Source: Eledone cirrhosa (taxonomy: Eukaryota). Taken from it: DNA of 64,000 nucleotides. The position numbers were made by a program, and so were the translations under genes. The stretch lies in the NCBI GenBank assembly GCA_964016885.1, contig OZ024745.1, forward strand, positions 70,308,001 through 70,372,000, read 5' to 3'. This document shows, piece after piece, positions 12,137 through 26,321 of this stretch. Every line of letters begins with the position of its first letter. Within the stretch, counting starts at the first letter, position 1. The notes below the pieces were generated by a model, which was given only the letters and a program-made list of their open reading frames with translations, was not told the origin of the DNA and did not search any database.

Positions 12137-12170
<34 letters not shown>

Positions 12171-12351
12171 AATGGCGTGTGGCTGAGTGTCTATAGTGAC
12201 ATTGTATATGACACGTAAACAAACAACAGACATATTTTCCAGAATGGAGGCTATAACGTTTCATATAGATTGTCCTGTAGAACAACTGCAGCCCTCACAA
12301 GTGACGATGACCGTATGTAGAGGGCGCACACACTCACACGCACACGCATGT

Positions 12352-12699
<348 letters not shown>

Positions 12700-12702
<3 letters not shown>

Positions 12703-12921
12703 ATAAATTTGATGACTAAAATCCAAAGAGCGCTCGATAAGGATAAATATATATCAAATATATAAGAAACGTAGCGCAAATATTTATTAAAATAACAGAT
12801 TAAAGTTTAAGCAAAGAATCGCTGCTTTCACCCTTAACGGGATCTTCTGAAACTAACCCTTCAGAAGATCCCGTTAAGGGTGAAAGCAGCGATTCTTTGC
12901 TTAAACTTTAATCTGTTATTT

Positions 12922-12923
<2 letters not shown>
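12700..12923. mobile_element. Mini-element family B, fold-back palindrome in (TA)n
   Basis: Arms ~12788-12851 and ~12860-12923 are reverse complements; complete minus-strand CAGAAGA hammerhead-like motif at 12804-12854; the left extension matches 58185-58280. Confidence 0.8.
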
Positions 12924-12982
<59 letters not shown>

Positions 12983-12985
<3 letters not shown>

Positions 12986-13173
12986 CGAGTAGGACCCCGA
13001 CGGCTGAGCTCAAGCCGTTTCGACGGCTAATTCTGGAGTCCAGAATTTGCCGTCGAAACGGATTGAGCTCAGCCGTCGGGGTCCTACTCGTTCCTATTAC
13101 CCACTCTACTATCCTAAGTATTGAGTACTTTGGTGCGTTATGGTCCACCTGGTTCCTTACCACATTTCCTTCG

Positions 13174-13175
<2 letters not shown>
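12983..13175. mobile_element. Mini-element family A, fold-back palindrome in (TA)n
   Basis: Short left arm and long right arm with axis at 'ttctggagtccagaa'. Confidence 0.85.
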
Positions 13176-13212
<37 letters not shown>

Positions 13213-14089
13213 TGTTTTCTTATAAATATACAGAGAGATGGAGAGGTGTGAAATACTTCACAAACTTTACTATATGTAACCATAGAATCATTTCAATCAA
13301 TTCAAAAGGAACACGGGAACCGAATATATTTCTATAATCAGAGCTCAGCTAAATTTACAACATTAATATTTAAACTAACCAACGCTCAGCTAAACAGTGT
13401 TTTCCATGGCGGGATTGAATAACTAACATGAACATCATATTTCTTTAATCCGAATTACAGTAATGCTTCAATTACTTTTTTTTTTATATGGAAAATATAT
13501 GCATGTTTCAGTCAATGGGACATAACTCGTATTCTGCACATAAATCTACATAACATTCCCAACACTATTTTACTTATTCAATAGTTGTTCACTATAAACT
13601 AATAATTCACATTGAATTGCAGTCAGTATATGAATCTTATACTGAAGGAAGTATAGTAGTAGGAGTAGCAGGGGGAGAAGAAGGGTGTAGAGTGATGGTA
13701 GATTGTGTTGTGTCTGTTCTTATTTTTGTTGTTATTTTTTTAGGAATTTTCTCTATGAGCCAACTAGTTGTTTTATATATTTTATATATTGGCGATGATT
13801 GTTAAAGCGATACCACCCTTTCCCGCCGTCCATAGCTGGCCAACGCTTCCTGAGCTGCGACAACGATGATGAGGAAGGAGGGGACATAGGAGAGAAGCAA
13901 TGACGTGTGTGAAAATAGCGTGGCATATATAGTCGATCAAATCGCCTCTAGTGCATGGAATAGTAAATGCTTCATCGATCTTTCTGCAATGAACAGCAGC
14001 ACTATCAAACGTCGGGGGATTTGAACTCAGAAATAAGAAATATTTCCTCCTTCCCTTTTTACTTTTCGTTTTGTATATAATTTTTATTG

Positions 14090-14215
14090 GGACGCTAAGT
14101 GGCAGACACGTTGTTGAACTAAATAGAATGCTTTGCGGTATTTGTTCTGGTTCTTTACGCTGTGATTTCGAAACCCGCCGGGGTCAACTTTGCCTTTCAT
14201 TATTTCAATGTCATC
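14090..14215 (+). mobile_element. Degenerate tRNA-derived SINE
   Basis: 'ttcgaaacccgccggggtcaactttgcctttcat' matches the SINE body. Confidence 0.6.
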
Positions 14216-14327
14216 AATACATTTCCTCTATACGCTCTTTCTAGTTTCTCTTTCCCTCAATTTTCCTCTCACCCCCCCCCCCTCTCTCGCACACATGCAC
14301 ACACACACATGCACACACACACACACA

Positions 14328-14376
<49 letters not shown>

Positions 14377-17300
14377 TCATCACTCATCCAGTGTGTATTT
14401 CTCTAGTAGAAACCTCGGATGTGTTTCAACTTGGAGAATAACGATCTCTCCCAAATTTAATTTTATCTCATTCTTTTCCTTTAAGATTTTCTTCACTATC
14501 TTGTTCTATGTATGATAAGTCGATATTTTTTACTTAACTAATACCTATTATTGCTGTACAGGCACAAGTCAAATTTGCATATTCCGGGCCCTGTCTCTGG
14601 AGGTAAATTGCTTCCTCGAGGCTTTCATTACTTCCCATTTATCAGACACCATAACCACACTTAATTATTGGTTCTACCCGTGACCTTTCTATATTTCACA
14701 GGCTGTGATGTCCTATGAAAGCATGTACTTAATTACCGTGATAGAGTGTGATCTGAGTCATATGTACCTACTATTTTTAGCAAATAGAACTATCACATAC
14801 AGGCTTCCTTGTGGCTGTTGTTGATACTGCAATTGTTATATTTTTGATGCTATTGTTATTGTTGTTGTGGTGGTGGTGTTGTTGGTGGTGGTGAGGTGGT
14901 AGTGCTGACCGCAGTGATGATTTTCTACGTAATATTTAAGCCCCAATCTCTACGTATGTTAGGTTTCGTTTCACTAAGTTTGGTTAATAATCTCTGTCTA
15001 CATCATTGACATGCTCTTCTTATGTTCTATATTACCAGGAGTTTTGTTATCGTTTTTACCTCTGTTTTCCATGCTTGCCCAGGACGTTAAATGACACTTT
15101 CTCGACGGAATGCAATTTCGTCAGAGGACTAACTCAGTGCTACACATTTTCAGCAGAATGAAGTGGAGCAACTAGAAATGAGGTGATGTGCTCTAAAACA
15201 AAACACATTATCCGGTTTGTCGGAAATCCAGCTTCCTAACCACTTGATCTCACATTCACTAACTACTCTTTTTTCTTCAGGAACATACACAAAATGATTA
15301 AATGTCTAGACGTTGTTGTTCAACATCCTACGAATAGCAACCTATTTGATATTACTAAGTGAGGGTTGATTACAAGTCTCTTTTCTAGGTTATAAAACGA
15401 TCACTGATTAAATAAATAAGAAAAATAAGAATTCACGTGCGATGATAGTGAAAGGGTTAGGAAACGAACCACTTTTCCAGAGCAGTTTATATATTATAGG
15501 TTTGAGTAAGATGAAATTAGATTTAGATTTTTCTCACAATGGCTGACTCCCTGCCGGGCCATAGCATCTATGTCCCTATTCCACAACTCTCAATCCATCA
15601 TTCGTATCTTCAGTCTCCGTATCTAGATTTAGGCTGTATATAATATGACATACTCCATGACGTTTGGCTCCGGGTTGAAACTGGCTTTGGGTTTTCTTCT
15701 TCAGTATGTTTTGCTCCCTTATAGTCTCACTTAATTTCCAAGGTTTTCACACGGCTATACTTTTGTCATGTAATGTTGCCATTTCATATCTATGGTTACA
15801 TAGAACTTCCATGTTTATATGGATGAGAAAAGGGAGGAGGAGAGGAGGAGAAGAATGAATAGAGGAATGAAAATTCAGTGAAAATGTGTTGATCTTTATT
15901 CTGTCGCCCTTCATCTACTTAATATAGGAAAGATACTTATTCTGTTTTTCTTTTCCTTACAAATTTACGTTATGCGCCGACTATGGCCCCATATGTATAA
16001 TATACAGTATACAGAATATTTAAGTGGGATTGATCGAGTGTTGGATGCTGTTTAGTACTAGGACAGCTCTGACCAAGTAGAACAACAATCGTATGCGTTA
16101 CAGCCGTCATCATTCTGGCAATTTCACTAAGAATGTACCTACGAATGTGTTATTGATATGTCTTCATCTTTTAATATGATACGTCCTGATGTAATTTGAG
16201 GAATATATCGTTGGATAGTGTCATTCAATATGAATGAATATTAAAGTATAATGTGGTGAGAGGGAAATTTAGCTTCTATTTCTGAACTACCACATAAGTC
16301 CCTGATTTGAAACATTTCTTCATATTATCTATTATACTTGACCACTTCAGATATTTATTAACAAAATACGACGAGCCTAATAAACTAAGTTATCTATTTC
16401 CCTTTTGGTTACGAACAATTAATCTTTCAGATCACATTATTTCTTTTTCTGTTTGTTGATAGCCGAAAGAGTAAACAGTTATTTGTGTTAGATAAAGGGT
16501 TTTTGTTAGTGAATTCATTATCAAAATTGATAAGTTTAACAATAAAACATACAAAATAATAGGAATAATAGGAAGAGAAGAATAATTTCGGTAGAAGGTA
16601 AGGGATGGGGCAATGTATGTGTGTTTCTTTATTCTGTATTACCTTACACTTAAATGTGGTTCTGTCAGAATTCTTTTTTATCCAAAAAGCTTTATGTTAG
16701 AATTGTAAATAGATCAAAGCCAAAAACAAAATGGAAATATAAAAGACAATAACCGCTGTAAAAGAGATTAAGACAAAGATAAAATATATGGAATGAAAAG
16801 AATAATCTGCCAGTTGAACAGTTGAGAAGAATATTTCAATTACACAACGCAAAGATAGCGACGAATATTTCGTCTTATATCAGAGCAGTTCGTGCTAATA
16901 ATTTCGTTCGTGTTATGAAAGTTAATTTGTGATGTTAAGTAATAATATTCACAAAGATAAACTTCTCTTAACCAAACTGAATATCGTATAAATATTTCTA
17001 TAGTAAAAATAAAAGGTTAAATAAAAGAAAGTTATCATATTCCATGAAACTTGAAAACCTCAAAAACATTAAAGAATCAATAAAAACATTATCAGTAAAT
17101 CGAAATAAAGGAGAATTTTCGATCTAAGAAAAAAAAATTATGTGTGTATGTGTTTGTTTGTGTGAGTAAATCTGCACTTTAAACAGTCGCCAAATTTTTT
17201 TCCGTATTGTTTTTGTGGTTACTGAATACAGCCTTAGAAATGTATTTCAAACGTGTTTATTTCTTCAGAATTATATATGATCTGTCAAATGGTATTGCTA

Positions 17301-18364
17301 TCATTAGTTCCAAGTAGTGCAAAAGCAAAAACTAGCTACTGCTCTTCATCAGAATAGTTGCTCTGCATCAAGTATATATAGAGAGGTAAGGTGTCTAGTC
17401 GTCTGTAAAATTTATCAAATTATGAATAAGGAATTGTAAGCATCGACCCAGCGATACAGGGAAGGAGAGATGGGTGATAGGAGGGAGACAGAGAGAGTGA
17501 CTGAGTAACTATGGACATGAGTAACCTCATCTGAAATGCCCATCTGACCTAAAACAGTAAAGGGTCATATCAATCAATATATTCCATATATAGTAGAGAA
17601 TTGATAGTTATTGCTTCTCCATATGTGTGTTCTTTTAAAAACCGATCAATATGACAACATTGTAGAGACATGAAGCCAGAAACAGACATTACTTAAGCAC
17701 AGAATTAACTCAACATTCATCGAAATTATTAATACGTATTATTCTACATTATGAGAACTCGAAAGAATTATCAAACAAAAATATGACTTTAATTATCAAA
17801 TCAATGTGTATTGAGATTAAACGGCAAATCAACATAGTCGTTAGTGTGTCGGATAGAATATATTACACTATACACTCCGACTCTCTCGACTCTGAGTTCA
17901 AATTCCGACACGGCCACCCTTTTTTTTTTTTTTCCTCTTTTCGTGGTACATAAGGAAAGTACTAATTTGATACTGTGTTCCAATATTTTATTATTCTTCA
18001 CTCTGAATGACTTTTTTTCTTTGGAAGGAAATCCGATCTAGTGAGGGATGGACCTCATATATTGGGGTGCCTCTCACTCTATCATGAATTTAAAGCACAT
18101 GGATGGATACACATTAAATGTTGGTTTCCAAGTCTCCAGTTGAACATATCATGTCTAATTACTATTCATAGTATTACTAGAAACAGATAATAACAGCATT
18201 AATAAATGGTATATTAAGGAATATTCGTTAGTTAAATTGCAAATATCATTGATTGCTTCCTTTTGAAGGTTTTTGGGCAATTTATATTGTTATTTATTTC
18301 TGTTATTTTTTTTCATTTTATAACTTCAATACACTCCTCTACCACTTTCACTTTCTCCACTCCC

Positions 18365-18436
<72 letters not shown>

Positions 18437-20232
18437 CTTTGTTATTTAAATCTATCTAAATATGTATTTATATGCATAAATGTATTTCTATCTGCCAATG
18501 TATTGATTTCTTCCACCTGTGTATATACATATGCATATATACATATATGTGTACCTATATCAGTGGTTACTCTGAAAATAAATAAAAAATACACTTTCAT
18601 CTTTCCATATTTTCTCAATATTTCACTAATGTTCTGTTTGAGGCATCTCTCAGCTTTTCCCAAAGCAGCAATACCCATGACAGAACTCTAAACTGGTTAC
18701 TAAAATAATTGATTAATAATGAAGCTACTTGGCAAAAATCCAAACCGCTCAATATTGTAGTCGTCATCGTAAATAATATATTTCGAGTCAATATTACAAT
18801 AATCTTGTTAAAATTTCATTTCAATTTTACCTTTTAATTTTCAATATAAATTATTGAAAAATTTTATGAAATGTAGTATGAATGCCCTATATCACACAGT
18901 AGAAATCATTTCATGAAATATCAAGGGAATTTAATCATGCTCAATTTAGATGTCTGAAGAATGAAAGATAATTGGACGTATGTACAAGTATGTGATGATA
19001 TATCATTATACATTTATGAAAACAATATTAAAGTTAAGCCAAGCTAGTAACTGAATGCGCGAACCTTAAAAAGTAATCAACTAATTGATTATAGATACCT
19101 CTGTAGATAAATGCAACGGGTTAAAATCAAGTTATATAATACTGACAGGGCGTTAGACAAATAGGTGGACAATTAGCTAGACAAAAACAGGCATAGAAAA
19201 CTCTGTATATATAGTGACAGCAGAATACGAGGGGGGGGGGGGTCAAAAGATGTTTTGTTGCTGATGATTTCGAGATTTTTGGAAATATTCAGGAGGATTC
19301 AGTCAGTCTGAGGTGAAGATCTTAAGTTAACTAAGCAAGGGTCGTAACCAGTATTATCAATATGAATATAGTCAGAAAAGATTCGCATACCATCATTTGG
19401 GTCACACCTCTATTCATTTTCGTTTACTCTCTCTTTGTCTCTCTATCTCCTTCTTTTTTCTGTCTTTCTGTCTTTCTTCTTCTGTTGCCTCTAACACATA
19501 TAACTGCATACTCTCTCTTCCTAGTTCCATCCCTCACTCTCACAGCATACGAACCTAAAAAAGAACACAATCGATAATGGATAAATAAACACTGGATGGT
19601 CAGGGCTGAGATGCCTTTCATCACAAGTATACTTCATCAGGACTAATTTGTGAATGAACAACAACAATGATATCAACAAATTCAACACAATGTTATAAAT
19701 TAATAATATTGTCGGAAACAGGGTGTCTAGCTGGTGTGTATCTTGACTGGAATGCTGTGCTAAACAAGGGCAAACATATGACCAGACGGTCTGTGTTTTC
19801 GTTCCACCTATTTAGAAATAGTAACCCATTAAGCTCCTATTAACAAGTACTTATTGGTTAGTGTTGAATCATATACATTGTCACGTTGTTAAATGCCGTA
19901 TTGGGTATATCAAATAGCTATCTATGAGTACCTACAACAATTCATACTGTAAAGTCAAAGACGGAACGCTATTGATCGCAGGTTAGTGCCATATGCACTG
20001 ACAGAATGTTAAACTACAATTACAACTACAGCAACGATAAAACCTTCGAATATGTATCATATGATATTATGATCAGTCAATACCATTGGAGTATGACCAT
20101 TCAGTATTTTTATAACGTCTGAAAATAAACAATACTATATAAAGGAAAATGTCTGTTCGAAGTTAAATTTATGTAGTATCAACAGTTCATTTCGTTTATT
20201 TACATTTATATATTTATATTTATTTGTCACAC

Positions 20233-20302
<70 letters not shown>

Positions 20303-20790
20303 CTATCTATCAATCTCTCTCTCTCTCTTTCTCTCTCTCTCTCCATACACACTCACACACACGCACGCATATATATGTGTATATACATATATATATATAT
20401 ATATGTGTGTGCGTGTGTGTGTGTGATATCTCTTGGATATTCTTGTTTGGCAGGGGCCTTAATCTGGGCCTCTGAGCCATGTTTTGAAACTGAAATCATA
20501 ACATTCTGGAAGATTGTTTAGCCATTGAGACAGTCGAAAATATATTAAGCATTCATAGGTTTAATGTTACTCTTCATAACTTCGTGAGCAATTATTTAGG
20601 GCAAATTAATGCATGCATGATGTATACGGGTTATATATTTCATTTCATTTGTAAAATTAATGGCTTAAAAGACTAATAACACTTTCGTTAACTAAACTTT
20701 CGTCTGTCAGGTCATGAGGGATTTCTTAGTTAAATATGTTTGTTATCCCTGAGGTGATCTTGAAAAAGACAGATCTGGACGGGTGAGAGT

Positions 20791-20881
<91 letters not shown>

Positions 20882-21217
20882 CTCTACACATATATATATA
20901 TTGATAACAAAGGATCAATGGGAACATCGAACACACATACATAACATTACACATATCATGTGGCAATCTGAAACTGTAAACAGTCGGTCGCTATGAATAA
21001 TAGCTTAGAAATGCAAGCAAAATACCCTGAGAGATGGAAGAAATGATGTGTGTGTGGTGGTGATGGTGGTGGGGGCGTTGAGCATGTATGTGAGAGTTTA
21101 TGTACATATACATACACAATGCATGCATATATATATATATATATATATGGAGTGGGGATATATACATATGTCTGATGATACATATATATATATATACACA
21201 CACACATATATATATAT

Positions 21218-21405
21218 AACGAAGAAAGCTTGGTAAGGAACCAGATGGACCATAACGCACCAGAGTACTCAATACTTAGTGTAGTAGAATGGGTAATAAA
21301 AAAATGTTTAACCCCGACGGCAGTGCTCAAGCCGTTTCGACGGCTATTTCTGAACTCAGAAATAGCCGTCGAACCGGCTTGAGCTCTGACGTCGGGGTTA
21401 AACAG

Positions 21406-21409
<4 letters not shown>
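21218..21409. mobile_element. Mini-element family A, diverged subfamily, fold-back palindrome
   Basis: Same architecture and terminus as the other A copies, with diagnostic changes ('ggggttaaaca', 'tcagaaatagccgtc') mirrored in both arms. Confidence 0.8.
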
Positions 21410-21457
<48 letters not shown>

Positions 21458-21461
<4 letters not shown>

Positions 21462-21576
21462 GGCTTGAGCTCAGCCGTCGGGGTCCTACCGTTCCTATCA
21501 TCCACTCTACTACCCTAAGTATTGGGTACTTTGGTGCGTTATGGTCCACCTGGTTCCTTACCACATTTCCTTCGTT
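21458..21576 (+). mobile_element. Mini-element family A, single arm
   Basis: Matches 9363-9502; flanked by (TA)n. Confidence 0.85.
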
Positions 21577-21630
21577 ATATATATATATATATGTGTGTGT
21601 GTATGTGTGTGTGTGTGTGTTTATATATAT

Positions 21631-21673
<43 letters not shown>

Positions 21674-21725
21674 TGCGTGTGTGTGTGTGTTTTATCAGAC
21701 AGTACAAATATTGCAAGCCAAACGA

Positions 21726-21759
<34 letters not shown>

Positions 21760-22864
21760 TCGTTGTAGAAGGCTTGCAATATTTGTAATATGTCTGATAA
21801 AACATAAAAGCAATTCAATAGGATTAGAAATGTGTCATTAAGTATAATTCTACAGTCGCAAAGAAAAGAAAACCGCTTTAGTTTCAGAACACTTGAAGCG
21901 AAAGCATTTTTGTTTTCTTGTTTTTTTCTTTCAAATATTCAATGGGAAATAATGGTATAACAGAGTAAGAAACTGAATGAATCACTAGACACATTTACAA
22001 ATTGAAAATGAGAGACAGCACTCTAATGAATAGAATACTTTATGGTACGAAACAGCAGAAGTGTAGTGTCACCATCTTATTAAGGTCGTTTTCTAATGAT
22101 ACAAAAATTGTCCACGACAGTTCTTTAATCGAAATGTATATTTGACGGAAGTGTGGTCTTTGTGTTTTGAAGGCATACATTTATACACTTAAGTAAAATT
22201 CTCATTTACTTAAGTTAATAAAGTTCAGGTAGTCAAAGCATCAAGCACGAAAAAGCTAACTGTAAATAATTACACAAAATAATACGCTATTAATCAATGA
22301 ATAATGGATTCAGTTAATTGAACAATGTTGGTAAGCACGAAAGACATCTTACATTACATAAAAAGTGAGTTCGAAAAAAATCCTATGTAATTATTGTTAT
22401 GAATAACAGACCCTAGTGAATGTGTTATGCATACTGACCATATTTTATTGTTTGTATTAATCACGCCGAATCATCAGAAGATTGATCTGGAGCCTTGAAT
22501 CGGCACTTTGGATAGATGAAATCGTTTTAAAAACAGTTGGTGTTCAATAATATATAACTGCATTTTATATTAGGTTATCTTTGGTCAAATAAAATGTTAC
22601 CATGTTGCTTCAAAAATATATACATTTGTTTCTATTGTATAGATCAGGGTGTCAATGGCAGTATTTATGGTCATTTTCTTACGGTCATTTCCAAGTAATT
22701 CGATGCTAGTGAGAGACAGAGGGGTGGTTATGATATTGAAATCTACAAACATTATGAGCGTAGGTTTATAGATATTCTAGTTGATTAAGTATATTGATAG
22801 TTAAACCATTATATTTTCCCTGACTAATGTTTCATAGCAGATAAAATGTACGTCCTTAACGTTT

Positions 22865-23060
22865 TGGAAAACCTACCAGCAATATACTCGCCAATACAGG
22901 AAGGAAAAAACGAAATGGGACGGTCAGCTAACAAGATCGGATAGAATGATCAAGACATTCTTCCAAGGAACATTTGAGAGTAAAAAACTGTGAGGACGTT
23001 GGAAGTATGAACGGATAACACCAGGGAATGAACTGACAACGTTTTTGCCAGATACCGTCC
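22865..23060 (+). mobile_element. Decayed RTE-type LINE C-terminal fragment
   Basis: Translation GRKKTKWDGQLTRSDRMIKTFFQGTFESKKL*GRWK resembles 'RRKLKWFGHVTR...KTILQGTVEGKRRRGR'. Confidence 0.6.
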
Positions 23061-23624
23061 AAAGTCCTGTCTCGTGTCAGAAGTGTAGCGGGAGGTGGAA
23101 CATTGCTCTATATTGCAGCACACACATGATCCTAGAGGGTCCCTGGATCGTTAAGAGTATCTTCAAATCTGCTTCCAGATAAATACTACTGTCACCATAT
23201 TCTAGAACCAATTGTCCACCAACTGGGTGTATCCACTTTTTGTGTGTTTCTCTATATACATGTGTCCGTTTTACAAATCTCAATTTTTCTTCTCGCCCTT
23301 TAAACCTGCCGCCCTTAATGCTTTAGTGAGGGGCTTGGTAACGTTATCCTACGCCATTCCTATCCTCAGTCAACAGAAAAGTATCCTACTCCATTATTTT
23401 CTTATGGAAACCATCCGGGTACGCACTGAACAATTCGAACATTTTTTCCACAATAAATCAATAAATATTATCGTCTGTTGATGGATAAAATATGAGGTAA
23501 ACACGTCAACAAATTGATTTTGTTCTGCTTATATGAGATGAAGGAAAGAACTAATAAGTATAATGTAAAAAAAATTCCCATGAAATGAAAAGAACCCCAC
23601 CACCACCGCATAGCAATAGATATA

Positions 23625-23850
23625 AGAATAATGGTTTTTTATTAAGAGACAATGTGAACAATTTTGGGCGAGGGGATAAAAACGATTAAATCGACCCCAG
23701 TGCATTACTGGTGAATTATTTCATTGGCCCCGTAAGGATTGAAGTCAAAGCTAACGTCGGTGGGATTTAAATGCAGACCATAAAGGACTGTAGCTCTATA
23801 CTGCAAAGTATGGTGACCGACGCTCTACCGATACTGCCAATCCACCGGCA
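23625..23850 (-). mobile_element. Degenerate tRNA-derived SINE
   Basis: 'ctctaccgatactgccaatccaccg' head and 'ccccgtaaggattgaagtcaaag' body are shared with 25287-25478. Confidence 0.7.
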
Positions 23851-25286
23851 AGTACTTTCTGCTTTAGGCCCTTAACTCCTCGTAAAGTTGAAGGCATACT
23901 GTCATGATAGACTGTGTATTTTTGAAGGTAACAGACTGAAACATTAATATGACTGCAAATTAGAAACGAGAGAAAATGGTAAGAAATGTTGATGTTGATA
24001 CTGATACTTTCATGATCGTCACCAAACATCATTCGAACTAACATCACAGTGAACCAAAACGAGTGCCGCAAATCATTCGATGCGGTACTCTAACGATTCA
24101 GTCATTTTGCCGCTTATGATGGCTTAGTAAATGATGAGATGCGACGGAAAAAAAATTCAAATTCAAAACCTAGGAGGAAGATTTCACTTTAAAATTTGTT
24201 TGTTCTATTTCAAAAATTTCACTATTTCAATGACATTCAATATTCCTAGAACTTCGATATTTTATATACATTCCAGATTCAATAGCGATCAATGGTATCT
24301 CCTAATGCAATGGTATTCACTATTTCGGCATTAGTTAAATGTTCAATGTATGCAGATTTCCTTTTTTTCATTATAATCGAATATTTCAATTATATTCATT
24401 TATCTGTGTTATTTCAACATTTTAATGCTACTCACTACTTTCATTTCTAGTCTCTAATTCCAACTGATCATTATTGAAAAAAAAATTCGATGTTTTATAT
24501 TTCAGAGAGAAAAGGATAGTATCAGATGTAACATTAGCTTTAAGTTGATGTATTGCCATCAAAATAATAATAATGATTTTTTTTTCTACATACGTACAAG
24601 ACAAAACATTTGAAGGGAGGGTGATAGTCGATTATATCAACATCAGTAAATCTTTGGTACTTATTTTATCCACCTGGGAATTTTAATTCAACCAACCTAG
24701 ACGGGATGTAACTAAGCACTAAAAACAAAAAATGTCGGAACGCATCACTGGTACTTATAGTATTGACTTCGGTAGGATGATATGCTAATCAACCTATACT
24801 GGACTTCATCTCAGAAATAAAACGCAGTTACTGTATAATCAATGATACTTAATTCATTGACACTCCACAGATTGAAACACCAAATTGAACTAGATAGGAT
24901 TTGAACTCAAGACGTAAAGAATGCAAAGTCCTTCACATATGATGTTAACTCAGATTGTAAAGGACCGTACCTTAATGCTGGAAAGCATTTTGTTTGACAC
25001 TCTTATGTATCCACTATCCTTACAATGGTTTCTGACATTAGACACACTAATTAGGCCACAGGTTAGCAATTTGACAGGAAGGGAACAGTCGATTACGAAG
25101 ATCCCCGGAATCGACTAAAACCTTATTTTGCCGACGCCCGAAGGGTGAAAAGCTACGTTCGCCTCATCTGAGTCCGATTTGAAAATGAGTCAGATTTTAA
25201 AGAGCTGAAATAAATGTTTTAAATCATTTTTACGGCGCTCTGACGATTCAGACATACTACAACTATATCAATGATGATAATAATAT

Positions 25287-25478
25287 TAATTGTTTCTACG
25301 TTAGGCACAAGGCCAGCAATTACCCAGTGTATTACTGGTACTTTATGTTATCGACCCCGTAAGGATGAAAGGCAAAGTTAACCTCGGCGGGATTTGAACT
25401 CAGAATGGCAAGGGCCGTAACTCTATGCGTCAAAGCATGGCGTCCGACCCTCTACCGATACTGCCAATCCACCGCCTT
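25287..25478 (-). mobile_element. Full-length tRNA-derived SINE
   Basis: Minus strand head 'aaggcggtggattggcagtatcggtagag' (A-box-like) and B-box 'gagttcaaatccc'; flanked by the 20-bp direct repeat atgatgataataatattaat. Confidence 0.9.
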
Positions 25479-25500
25479 ATGATGATAATAATATTAATAA

Positions 25501-25595
25501 TAATTGTTTCTACTTTAGACACAAGGCCAGCAATTACCCAGTACATTACTGGTACTTTATTTTATCAACCCCGTAAGGATGAAAGGCAAAGTTAA
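25501..25595 (-). mobile_element. 3' half of the same SINE family
   Basis: Near copy of 25287-25382. Confidence 0.85.
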
Positions 25596-26132
25596 ATGGT
25601 TTCTAATAATAATTTTGTTTGACCTAGAATGCGTCTCTATTTTGTATTTTATATACATAGGTGTGATTTATTAGGCCCAGAAAGATTAACTAAAAAGTGA
25701 ACCTAAACGAATTTAAAAGAGGATAATTATGGTTATGAAGAGTTGCCAGTTAAACGAATACTGAAATTATAATTTTTTTTAAATGCCTATATAATATATA
25801 GTTTACAACTAGAAATGTTTAAAGAATCGACCAGTTAGATAGCTCTCAAATAGAAAATACATATCAGTGGCGAATATATTTCATAAAGAAAAATCATTTT
25901 CAATCAATCAACAACGGTATAATATATATTAGATCGTTAAACTAAAGCTGTAATGTATATAGAAACGAATAATTAATTCTGATGTATTTATATCTGTATC
26001 TCAAGATAACATTTTACCCTATTTGTCTATAGTTCGAATAACACCCGTAGTAAGCAAGTGGACTAGCTTCATAAATACAGCTAATTAGGAGATAGTAATG
26101 ATGAGAATATATAAACAAAACATATATACATA

Positions 26133-26282
26133 TAAGTATGTTTTGAAACAGTAAGCAGGTTTGGAATTTAAGGAATTTTAGCCTGATAATGGGGTTTAGA
26201 ACCCTCAGATAAATGGAAAAAGATGAGTATTGACGTACATGGGCTTAAAATTCCTTTAGTCAAAAATACGGTGAAAGCTATT
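26133..26282. mobile_element. Mini-element family C (rearranged copy) next to TA repeats
   Basis: Shares long blocks with 50018-50265 in both orientations; ends 'aaatacggtgaaagctatt|atatat'. Confidence 0.75.
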
Positions 26283-26290
26283 ATATATAC

Positions 26291-26321
<31 letters not shown>

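Noticed and set aside
15535-15730. Possible LINE C-terminal remnant on the minus strand
   Set aside because: Too degenerate to assign by eye.
25287-25478. tRNA gene
   Set aside because: A and B boxes are present, but there is no cloverleaf and the head is fused to a multi-copy SINE body.
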